Positions 53,089 through 61,517 of a stretch of 64,000 nt of DNA are shown here, in pieces. The notes under the pieces were generated by a model. The model saw only the letters and a list, made by a program, of their open reading frames with translations, was not told where the DNA came from and ran no database searches. Source of the DNA: Methanobacteriota archaeon. GTDB taxonomy: Archaea; Thermoplasmatota; Poseidoniia; Poseidoniales; Thalassarchaeaceae. The DNA lies in the NCBI GenBank assembly GCA_018650285.1, contig JABIGF010000002.1:57991-121990 (forward strand), written 5' to 3'. How positions within the stretch are numbered: position 1 is the stretch's first letter; each line of letters starts with the position of its first letter. The position numbers and the translations under genes are program-made.

Positions 53089-53979
53089 ATGGGGCGGCGC
53101 TTGGAAATTGTCATCATGACGAGAGGTCCAGAGTTATACAGCACTACAAGACTCGCTGCAGCAGCTCGACGAGCCGGCCATGGTGTAAGTTACCTCAACC
53201 CAACACGATGCACCATTGATCTCTCACCAGAAGGAGCCACTGTACTCTACAATGGTGAAAAAATTGTTCAGCCAATGGATTGTATTGTCCCTAGAATAGG
53301 GGCATCGATTACTCGTCACGGATTAACAATCCTTAGACAATTTCAAGCCGCTGGCGTAACCGTCTTAAATCACAGCAATGGAATTGCAGCAAGTAGGGAT
53401 AAATTGCGTGCATTGCAACGTTTTGCTGCTTCAGAATTACCTATCCCACGTACCGCTTATGCGCGAGGTGCGGCAGATTTGCACCCTTGTGTTGAGATTG
53501 TGGGGGGGCCACCTGTTGTTCTCAAATTACTAGAAGGGACACAAGGAGTTGGAGTAATGCGTTGCGATACCATCGCAAGTGCTGAATCAGTGATTGATGT
53601 CCTTGCACGATTACATCAACCAATCATCGTCCAAGAATATATTGCAGAATCAGAAGGAACAGATATTCGTGCCATTGTGGTAGGGGGCAAAGTCGTAGCT
53701 GCAATGAGAAGAACTGGCAAAGCAGATGATTTTCGCAGTAATATTCATCGTGGCGGCACTGGAGATAGTGTTGATTTAGAGCCTGATATTGAAAGAATAT
53801 GTATTGATGCATGTAAATCACTTGGAATTCAATTTGGTGGTGTAGATTTACTAGAGTCAAAAAGAGGACCATTATTGATGGAAGTAAATTCATCCCCTGG
53901 CCTAGAAGGTATTGAAAGAGCAACAGGAATAGATGTAGCCAATGAAGTAATAATGGAGATTGAACGAATCTGCGAATAA
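53089..53979 (+). CDS. rimK: RimK-family ATP-grasp alpha-L-glutamate ligase (bacterial type)
   Basis: LYSTTRL, PRIGASIT..G...LRQF, SRDKLR, KLLEGTQG.GV, VQEYI.E..G.DIR, DFRSNIHRGG, EVNSSPGLEGIE. Confidence 0.92.
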   Translation: MGRRLEIVIMTRGPELYSTTRLAAAARRAGHGVSYLNPTRCTIDLSPEGATVLYNGEKIVQPMDCIVPRIGASITRHGLTILRQFQAAGVTVLNHSNGIAASRDKLRALQRFAASELPIPRTAYARGAADLHPCVEIVGGPPVVLKLLEGTQGVGVMRCDTIASAESVIDVLARLHQPIIVQEYIAESEGTDIRAIVVGGKVVAAMRRTGKADDFRSNIHRGGTGDSVDLEPDIERICIDACKSLGIQFGGVDLLESKRGPLLMEVNSSPGLEGIERATGIDVANEVIMEIERICE

Positions 53980-54018
53980 CCGCTGCGTTCATTTTGAAGA
54001 GGCTTCTCGGGTGATAAC

Positions 54019-55014
54019 ATGGTCAACCCCGATGACTTCGATGTTCCCGTTGAAGATTATGACTTTTCAACAACTACTAGCCCCACAAAACTGCTAGACC
54101 AGATGGCTAAAGCCGGTGGATTCACCGCAACTAAACTTGCCTTGGCTAGGGAAGTATTGCAAGAAATGTTCAATCAATTAGACAACGACGCCTCTGGAGA
54201 TGATACTGGGCAACTAAACTGGCTATCGTTTCCTGCATGTCTCTGTGCAACTGGTACTCGAGGTTTCTTCGTTGAAGCATTGAAAAGAAAGAAATTCAAT
54301 GTCGTAGTGACTACATGTGGAACACTTGACCATGATATTGCTCGCTCATTCCGAGACTACTACCATGGCGCTTTTGAATTAGATGATATTGAATTAGGCG
54401 AAGAAGGATTGAATCGATTAGGAAATGTCATTGTGCCAAACTCAAGTTACGGAGATATTATTGAAGAAATTGTCATGCCGATGTTAGCAGAAATTGACGC
54501 TGAAAAGAGGGAAGCGAATCCTGAAAATCCATGGCATGGTTTTGGTAGCGTAGAGCTTTGTTGGGCTCTGGGTGATCGGATCAATGACGAATCTAGTATT
54601 CTTTACTGGGCGGCAAAACATCGCATTCCAATCGTTATTCCCGGAATATATGATGGCTCAATAGGTGCACAATTATTCATGCACAGGCAACGAGCAAGTG
54701 ATTTTAATTTAGATTTGTTAGCAGATCAACAACTACTCTCTGATTTAGTATGGACTGCAGACTCCTCTCACGCACTAATGGTTGGCGGGGGTATCTCAAA
54801 GCATCATGTCATTTGGTGGAATCAATACAGAGGTGGATTAGATTCGGCTGTACAAATTACCACCGCCCCCGAACATGATGGGTCACTTTCAGGAGCAAGA
54901 TTGCGGGAAGCAATTAGTTGGGGAAAAATTCGAGCTGAGGCACCTCAGGTTGTCGTAGAAGGAGACGCTTCGGTTCTCCTACCAATACTAGGTGCTAGCT
55001 TATTTGCAGAATAA
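54019..55014 (+). CDS. dhs: Deoxyhypusine synthase
   Basis: GFTA, NRLGNV, GGGISKHH, DGSLSGA, EAISWGK (catalytic Lys). Confidence 0.95.
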   Translation: MVNPDDFDVPVEDYDFSTTTSPTKLLDQMAKAGGFTATKLALAREVLQEMFNQLDNDASGDDTGQLNWLSFPACLCATGTRGFFVEALKRKKFNVVVTTCGTLDHDIARSFRDYYHGAFELDDIELGEEGLNRLGNVIVPNSSYGDIIEEIVMPMLAEIDAEKREANPENPWHGFGSVELCWALGDRINDESSILYWAAKHRIPIVIPGIYDGSIGAQLFMHRQRASDFNLDLLADQQLLSDLVWTADSSHALMVGGGISKHHVIWWNQYRGGLDSAVQITTAPEHDGSLSGARLREAISWGKIRAEAPQVVVEGDASVLLPILGASLFAE

Positions 55015-55039
55015 CGATGATACTATGCTTTAGATTCTT

Positions 55040-55708
55040 TCACACTGATTCTAATTGATAGGCGATACATTCCATCAACCCTACACGGAAAGGAACTAAC
55101 GGGTGCCAACCACCGACACCAACTGATTCACAAAGGGTGTGTAAAGGCCCTAAATTGGGCCTCGGTGGAGATTGGTTCGGTTCGGTCTTTGGTTCGAATA
55201 TTTTCAAGTTATCCAATTGAAAAGTTTTAGTTTCAGCTGCTTTTACCCGTGAAAATAACATCGCCAATTCACTAGTCATCGCTTCATGGCTCCAACATCT
55301 TCGCCCCACTACATCAAGAGAGCCATCCGGAAGTGAAGGTAGAATATTGACTATCATATCAACAACATCACGTACATGAATCCAATATCTGGGCTGCCCT
55401 TGTGGTTGAGATGACTCAGGATCATTTAACCAATCAATCATTAATTCAATTTCTGACGGGCCCCAATCCCCAGAGCCACCAGGAATGTATAGGTCATGTA
55501 AAACAAGTTCACATTTTGCTTTTGCAGGGTATGATTCGCTATTTACTGGGCGAATAAGTAAATCGCAATCATCTGCTTCACCCGAAGTCCAACAATTAAT
55601 TTGAATTCCATTGGCTTCTTTTGTATTAATGTCAATCCTCTCTAACCGCTGTGCAAGTAGTAATCCAAATAAATTGGAGCGCCCGATTAGAAAGGTCTCA
55701 ACCATCAA
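55040..55708 (-). CDS. Hypothetical protein; C-terminal part resembles a degenerate extended-SDR/epimerase domain
   Basis: SD AGGTG upstream; RYWIHVRDVV and W.P.VPFRVGL.EC resemble epimerase C-termini; no GxxGxxG motif. Confidence 0.55.
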   Translation of the reverse strand: MMVETFLIGRSNLFGLLLAQRLERIDINTKEANGIQINCWTSGEADDCDLLIRPVNSESYPAKAKCELVLHDLYIPGGSGDWGPSEIELMIDWLNDPESSQPQGQPRYWIHVRDVVDMIVNILPSLPDGSLDVVGRRCWSHEAMTSELAMLFSRVKAAETKTFQLDNLKIFEPKTEPNQSPPRPNLGPLHTLCESVGVGGWHPLVPFRVGLMECIAYQLESV

Positions 55709-56296
55709 CCAACACCTAAGATATTGTTCCCTGCTTGGATTTACTTATTGGATTGCCGGATAATGAATCACAATTACGCCCTAATTTTAGCCAATAAAAC
55801 AGATACGATGCGCTCTGTAAAGGCTAATTTATCAATTGAAAAACGAGATTTCTAATTGAATAATTGAGATTAGAGATAGCGCTCGAAATACTGCTGAAAT
55901 GAAGTATCAAAGATTACCAGATTAATCTTGATTAATTGATAGTGTTCCTATTGAATAATTTGCAATAATTCGATCTTATGCGACAGGTGTGGCGAAAATA
56001 AGAAACAAAAAGCTAAATTCCCATATTATCCGCCCTTCCAATTGAAAAAATTAATTTCATTTCGCCTCGATATACTATTCCTAATTGCGAAATTTATCTA
56101 GAAATGCTGACATTTTCAATTCAAATACAATTTATCCCTGCATAAGAAAAAATCTAACATCCAATTGGATATCTAAGGATTATCCGCCTTTTCCAATTGG
56201 ATTTCAATTATTAAAAAACGGGAGATAGTTAATATACCGAATCACATCGTAGGATTACAACCGAGTAAGGGATGCACGGAAAGAGAGGGAAAAAAA
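55709..56296. other. AT-rich intergenic region with inverted ORB-like repeats (candidate replication origin)
   Basis: Longest non-coding gap in the window. Related repeats at 55747-55764 (+), 56025-56044 (-) and 56179-56199 (-). Confidence 0.45.
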
Positions 56297-56908
56297 ATGA
56301 CAGATGAATCATTCAGAATACAAGAGCTACTTCAACGAGAAGTATATGTTAAACAAACACGCGTTGGAGTAATAGTTGGTGAGAGATATCACCCGAACGA
56401 GGATAGAGTACAATCACTACGACTTCTGGTTGAACCAGGTGTTGCAGATGAATTCATGCGCAAGCCGGCAGAATACGCCCCACTATCAAAGGAACTTTTG
56501 CACAGCATACAATCAGATGGAAGTGTAAAACTTTCAAAGTCAATGAGAGAATTACAACGAAGGTGGAGAAATACGGTTCGCATCGATGAAAAATTATACG
56601 CCCCAGATGAATTAGTTGATCGCGCGGTGTTGGACACCCAGGGAGAAGACCTCGGAGTCGTAGTTGGACTTGTAAAAATAAAGCGCACTTACAGAGGTGT
56701 GCGAGTCAAAGCACGCGGAAACTTACGCAGGCGTTACAGACTAGAAGGTGCTGAAATCAATATTCCAGTTCAATTCCTAGCACGTACAAGCCCACGCTTA
56801 GATGAGATTATTCTCTCACGCACTTTTGAAAAACTAATGGGTTTGCCATCATATCTAAAGCTAAACTCTGGCGATATTAATGAAGATGACTTCGAAGAAG
56901 AAGAATGA
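56297..56908 (+). CDS. Tandem PRC-barrel domain protein (CdpB-like)
   Basis: Two repeats, ELLQREVY...VGVI and ELVDRAVLDTQGEDLGVV...IPVQFL...DEIIL, typical of PRC barrels. Confidence 0.7.
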   Translation: MTDESFRIQELLQREVYVKQTRVGVIVGERYHPNEDRVQSLRLLVEPGVADEFMRKPAEYAPLSKELLHSIQSDGSVKLSKSMRELQRRWRNTVRIDEKLYAPDELVDRAVLDTQGEDLGVVVGLVKIKRTYRGVRVKARGNLRRRYRLEGAEINIPVQFLARTSPRLDEIILSRTFEKLMGLPSYLKLNSGDINEDDFEEEE

Positions 56909-56960
56909 TTTCTTCATCGGAACCGTTTAATTGAGTTCCTCGGTGGCGCTGCTCACCCGA

Positions 56961-57035
56961 GGGCGGGTAGCTTAGGTTGGTTGGAGCACCCGGCTGATAA
57001 CCGGGAGGCCGCAGGTTCAAATCCTGCCTCGCCCA
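56961..57035 (+). tRNA. tRNA-Ile (anticodon GAU), intron-less, CCA not encoded
   Basis: Acceptor GGGCGGG/CTCGCCC; anticodon arm CCCGG-CTGATAA-CCGGG; T-arm GCAGG-TTCAAAT-CCTGC. Confidence 0.96.
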
Positions 57036-57166
57036 CTCCGTTGCTTTCAAAGAGGCAAGAGGCTTGCTTATACACAAATTATCCATAGTTTTGTAATTCC
57101 TGAAATTTCTTCATCACGCGCAAATAACATGAACAGGCTTCGGGTCGGAGGGGTTGAGGGGAGCAC

Positions 57167-58111
57167 CTGCCAGTAGTCTCAGGAAGTATCGACGGCGCGT
57201 TAGCCGCAGCACTTGCCAAGAAGATAGGTTGGGAACACCATGCACTTGTCGCACGTCGTTTTCCTGACTCAGAAGCATACGTCAGGGTCCCTACAGAAAG
57301 TATTGCAGCAGTACGTTCAGAACCTGTTGTAGTGGTTGCAACTACGTTCCCTGATGAAGGGATTGTTGAAGCACTGTTAATGCTAGAGGCAATTCATGAT
57401 GTTCGTTCAGGTAATCTTCAAAATTTGATGGGAGAGGGGCCTGAAACACTAGATGATGTTGGGCCAGGAATATTTCTTGCAGTACCATATTTTGGATACA
57501 GCCGCCAGGATAAGAGATTTCAGCAAGGAGAAGTCATCTCAGCATCTTTGATTGTTCGCCTATTAGCAAGGCATATTGACGGATTAATTGTCCTTGACCT
57601 ACACGCCCCATCAGTTCTTGATGATCTTGAAACCCCAGTTGAGTTTGTTAGTGCAATGCCAGAGATTGCAGCCCATCTTGAATCTGAAGTGAATCCTGAT
57701 TTTATTCTAAGCCCAGACAAGGGGGCGATTGAGCGGGCCTCTCATGTAGCCAATCTTATTGGTTGTAAATTCTCATATCTAGAAAAAACAAGGATTGATG
57801 CACACACAATTCAACATAAGCCAAAAGACTTGGATGTCAAAGGAGCCGTTGTTGCAATTGTTGATGATATGATTAGTACAGGAGGCACCATTTGCAAAGC
57901 TAGTGATGCTCTAATCTCACAAGGAGCAAAAGAAGTACATGCCGCGTGCACCCATGGATTGTTCACAGGAGGGGCAATAACTCGGCTTGACGACCATGTT
58001 AATGGCGTCCATGCTACTGATTCAATTGCAAGAAATCCCCGCGCTCTAGTCTCCTCCGCTGCCGCCCTTGCGCGAGGGATTGAAGCGCTCCGTGAGCGCC
58101 TAAATCTCTAA
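57167..58111 (+). CDS. prs: Ribose-phosphate pyrophosphokinase (probable CTG start)
   Basis: RRFPDSEAYVRV lies in frame upstream of the track start; also PYFGYSRQDK, LDLH, SPDKGA, VDDMISTGGT, CTHG. Confidence 0.93.
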   Translation: MPVVSGSIDGALAAALAKKIGWEHHALVARRFPDSEAYVRVPTESIAAVRSEPVVVVATTFPDEGIVEALLMLEAIHDVRSGNLQNLMGEGPETLDDVGPGIFLAVPYFGYSRQDKRFQQGEVISASLIVRLLARHIDGLIVLDLHAPSVLDDLETPVEFVSAMPEIAAHLESEVNPDFILSPDKGAIERASHVANLIGCKFSYLEKTRIDAHTIQHKPKDLDVKGAVVAIVDDMISTGGTICKASDALISQGAKEVHAACTHGLFTGGAITRLDDHVNGVHATDSIARNPRALVSSAAALARGIEALRERLNL

Positions 58112-58202
58112 GCAGTCAAACGAATGACCATCGCCAGCACCATACGGTGCGTTTATACGGACCACGCCCTCGCCGTGCCATCCTACAGGAGGAGTGAATC
58201 CT

Positions 58203-58586
58203 ATGAGCGTACATATTGATTTTGAGACACCGGCAGAAGTGCAGGATAAAGTCTACGAGTTTGTGAAGAAGATCGGAAAGGAGGGCGGAAGCCACTTCAA
58301 GAAGGGAATGAATGAGGTCATTAAGGTCTGCGAGCGTGGTGATGCCAAGCTTGTTATCATGGCTGAAAATGTCAACCCTGGCGAAATGATGATGCCAATT
58401 CCACTAATTTGCAAGGAACGTGGAATCCCTTTCATCTATGTAAATGACCAAACTTACCTTGGAGAAGCAGCAGGACTACCATCCGGCCGCCCAACTTCAG
58501 CTATCGCCATCATGGAGATGGATGGTGGCTCACAAGAAGATTTCAACAACATTGTTTCATCTGCTAAAGAACTAGCAGGCAACTGA
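58203..58586 (+). CDS. rpl7ae: 50S ribosomal protein L7Ae
   Basis: KKG.NE..K..ERG.AKLV..AE.V.P, LGEAAGL; first gene of the conserved L7Ae-S28e-L24e-ndk-infB block. Confidence 0.92.
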   Translation: MSVHIDFETPAEVQDKVYEFVKKIGKEGGSHFKKGMNEVIKVCERGDAKLVIMAENVNPGEMMMPIPLICKERGIPFIYVNDQTYLGEAAGLPSGRPTSAIAIMEMDGGSQEDFNNIVSSAKELAGN

Positions 58587-58597
58587 GGTGATTTTAG

Positions 58598-58813
58598 ATG
58601 GCAGACGGTTGGCCAGCAGAAGTCGTCGAGATTGTCGGACGAACCGGCATGACTGGTGAGGCGACACAAGTCAAAGTGCGTGTTAATGATGCACCTAACC
58701 CTCGTGACGTTGGTAGAATTATCACTCGTAATGTATTGGGACCTATTCGAATAGGCGATATTCTGATGCTCAGAGATACTGGTCGTGAAGCTCGTAAACT
58801 TGGAGGCCGATAA
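58598..58813 (+). CDS. rps28e: 30S ribosomal protein S28e
   Basis: [31 protein letters not shown]. Confidence 0.96.
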   Translation: MADGWPAEVVEIVGRTGMTGEATQVKVRVNDAPNPRDVGRIITRNVLGPIRIGDILMLRDTGREARKLGGR

Positions 58814-58814
58814 T

Positions 58815-59006
58815 ATGCCTGAGAGAAGAGTTTGTACATTCAGTGGCGAAGAGATTGAACCTGGCACAGGAACAATGTTTGTTCGTAGAGACGGCACTGT
58901 TCTTTGGTTCCGCAGCAGTAAAGCGCGCAAGAACATGGTGAATCTCAAGCGAAATTCCCGAAAAGTAAAGTGGACCCGACACTATGTGAAGGGCGGTATT
59001 CAGTGA
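58815..59006 (+). CDS. rpl24e: 50S ribosomal protein L24e
   Basis: IEPGTGTMFVRRDG, SSK..KN, RKVKWT. Confidence 0.95.
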   Translation: MPERRVCTFSGEEIEPGTGTMFVRRDGTVLWFRSSKARKNMVNLKRNSRKVKWTRHYVKGGIQ

Positions 59007-59133
59007 AATTCTAATTTTCACATTAACTACCATCAATAAACTCTAATGAGTATATTTGTAGTGATAAATTAATCATTATTCTGCAATTGCACAAGCGTTT
59101 TGCTTAAAATGGGGAGGCTGCACGGCCGCTTCA

Positions 59134-59592
59134 GTGAGTAGTATGCAGACGACCTTCGTAATGGTGAAACCCGATGGGGTACAGCGTGGATTAGTAGGAG
59201 ATATTATCAAGCGATTTGAGCAAAAAGGGCTCCGTTTAGTAGGATTGAGACAATTAGTTCCTTCAACAGAACTTGCCTCCACACACTATGCAGTCCACTC
59301 AGAACGTCCATTCTATCCCGGTCTACTAAAATTCATCACATCTGGACCAGTTGTAGCGATGGCATGGAGAGGAGTTGACGCCATCAGTGTGGCTCGAAAC
59401 ATCATCGGGCCAACAAACGGGCGTGAAGCAGGGCCAGGAACTATCCGCGGAGATTGGGCTATGGACATCGGCCACAACATCATTCACGGCAGTGATGGTG
59501 AAGATACGGCTGAGTTTGAACTTGGCCTCTGGTTCCCAGAAGGCACCATTGAATGGACACGCTTAGCAGAAGAATGGGTTTATGAAGGCTGA
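59134..59592 (+). CDS. ndk: Nucleoside diphosphate kinase
   Basis: KPDGVQR, TSGPVV, PGTIRGD, NIIHGSD. Confidence 0.97.
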   Translation: MSSMQTTFVMVKPDGVQRGLVGDIIKRFEQKGLRLVGLRQLVPSTELASTHYAVHSERPFYPGLLKFITSGPVVAMAWRGVDAISVARNIIGPTNGREAGPGTIRGDWAMDIGHNIIHGSDGEDTAEFELGLWFPEGTIEWTRLAEEWVYEG

Positions 59593-59627
59593 ACGAAATT
59601 ACAATTCAAAGGGGCAGGGTGTTATGC

Positions 59628-61433
59628 ATGACAAATCGAAGACAGCCAATTGTTGCAGTCCTTGGACATGTTGATCATGGAAAGACTAGCCTTCTTGACC
59701 ATATTCGTTCTCTTGGAAGTGACAGGCAATCATCAGTCATGGCACGAGAGGCTGGTGGCATCACTCAACATATCGGAGCGACTGAAGTACCCTCAAAAAT
59801 TCTCAACGAACTCTGTTCCCCATTGATGGGTGGCAAAAATTTTGACTCGCCCGGTCTCCTCTTTATTGACACACCTGGGCATCATTCTTTCTCCACTCTA
59901 AGAGCACGTGGCGGCTCACTTGCAGATATCGCAATTCTTGTAATTGACTTAGTAGATGGTTGCAAACCTCAAACCTTGGAATCAATGCGGATATTGCGCC
60001 AAGCAAAAACTCCGTTTGTTGTAGCCTGCAATAAAGTAGACAGAATCCATGGTTGGAGATCTGAGAGAGGTAGAGCGATGGCACTCTCTTTGCGCCAACA
60101 AAATAAGGATGTCATGGCTCTTTTTAATCAAAAATATTGGCAATTAGTAGGTCAATTTGGTGAACAAGAATTCAATCTAGAAAGATATGACCAAATTACA
60201 GACTTCACGAAAAACATTGCTTTAGTTCCTTGCTCTGCTAAAGAGGGAGAAGGGATTCAAGACCTATTGGCGGTAACAATTGGTTTGGCTGAAAAATTCC
60301 TTGCAGAACAGCTATCTGACATTGAGGGTAGCGCGGAAGCAACCGTTCTTGAGATGAAAGAGGAAAGAGGATTAGGTAAAACACTAGACATCATTCTCCA
60401 CCGTGGGACACTAAACAAGGGAGATGAGATTTCAGTAGCCACTCCAAATGGGCCACTTATTACAAAGATTAAGGGGATGTTTTCTCCACGAGGAATGTCT
60501 GAAATGCGAGATGCTGGTGACCGATGGGATTCAGTCAATACAGTAACTGCTGCGGCTGGATTGAAATTGAGCGCCCCCGATATTGACTCAATATTGGCTG
60601 GAACTACATTACGAGGAATCCCTGATGATGAGTCACGAGATGCAATCTTGGCTCTAACATCTGAAGAATGTGAAATCTCAATTGACTTAGATGAAGAAGG
60701 AATTGCTATCAAAGCCGATACCCTTGGTGGATTGGAAGCGCTAGCATTTGAAATCCGAGGAATGAAAAATGCTGCTGGGGAACCACGGGACATCAAAATT
60801 CGCTCAGCAACTATTGGCCCAATCACTCGCAAAGACATCAGAAGTGCAGAAATCTCTGATGACCCGTATGAAAAAGTCATCTTGACCTTTAGTTCTGGTA
60901 TTCTACCTGAAGCACAAGCCGAACTAGACCATGACGACTGCAATGTATTGCACATTGGCTCAGATATCATTTATCATATCCTTGAGAAATATGATGAATG
61001 GATTGATGATACTAAAAAGAGGCTTGAAGAAGAAAGTCGCGAAAATGTTATCCACCCTGGAAAAATTCTCATTATGGAAGACCACATCTTCCGCCGTTCC
61101 GGACCTGCTGTTGTAGGAGTAAAGGTTCTAGGTGGGAGAATTCAGGTTGGACAGAGATTATTGACACTTGCCGGAGAAAGAGCGGGCAGAGTAAAATCAA
61201 TTCGTGATGGCGACCATATTCTTAGTGAAGCGATGCAAGGGGATGAGTTGGCTGTCGCCATTGAAGGTATCACAATTGGTCGTGGAGTTGATGAAGAAGA
61301 TGTACTACTCGTTGACGTACCAGCGTCACATGTGCGTAAATTGCGTAAATTAAATATTTCAGCGATTGAAGATGAGATTCTTACAGAAATTATCACAATT
61401 CACCGTAAAGAAGACCACTTTTGGGGCCGTTAA
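59628..61433 (+). CDS. infB: Translation initiation factor aIF5B (IF-2)
   Basis: RQPIVAVLGHVDHGKT, GGITQHIGA, DTPGH, NKVD, KADTLGGLEAL, C-terminal FWG. Confidence 0.97.
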   Translation: MTNRRQPIVAVLGHVDHGKTSLLDHIRSLGSDRQSSVMAREAGGITQHIGATEVPSKILNELCSPLMGGKNFDSPGLLFIDTPGHHSFSTLRARGGSLADIAILVIDLVDGCKPQTLESMRILRQAKTPFVVACNKVDRIHGWRSERGRAMALSLRQQNKDVMALFNQKYWQLVGQFGEQEFNLERYDQITDFTKNIALVPCSAKEGEGIQDLLAVTIGLAEKFLAEQLSDIEGSAEATVLEMKEERGLGKTLDIILHRGTLNKGDEISVATPNGPLITKIKGMFSPRGMSEMRDAGDRWDSVNTVTAAAGLKLSAPDIDSILAGTTLRGIPDDESRDAILALTSEECEISIDLDEEGIAIKADTLGGLEALAFEIRGMKNAAGEPRDIKIRSATIGPITRKDIRSAEISDDPYEKVILTFSSGILPEAQAELDHDDCNVLHIGSDIIYHILEKYDEWIDDTKKRLEEESRENVIHPGKILIMEDHIFRRSGPAVVGVKVLGGRIQVGQRLLTLAGERAGRVKSIRDGDHILSEAMQGDELAVAIEGITIGRGVDEEDVLLVDVPASHVRKLRKLNISAIEDEILTEIITIHRKEDHFWGR

Positions 61434-61517
61434 TGGATGAAACATCGTTGAAGTTTAAACCCCCAACCCTTAACTACGAATCGGTGCGGTCACTATCCTG
61501 TAAGTAGAGGGATAACC

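Noticed and set aside
55709..56296. CRISPR array in the AT-rich gap
   Set aside because: Only 2-3 imperfect ~20-bp copies, irregularly spaced and in mixed orientation; no cas genes.
56961..57130. Integrated element at tRNA-Ile
   Set aside because: No integrase and no duplicated tRNA 3' end seen; flanks are housekeeping genes.
58181..58206. K-turn autoregulatory element in the L7Ae leader
   Set aside because: Only 4-bp AGGA/TCCT pairings are present; I could not build a C-stem flanking tandem G-A pairs.
60257..60970. Long antisense ORFs (also 8476-8967, 36667-37119, 46843-47403, 47827-48414, 58454-58948 and others)
   Set aside because: They shadow well-supported genes on the opposite strand and have no family motifs.
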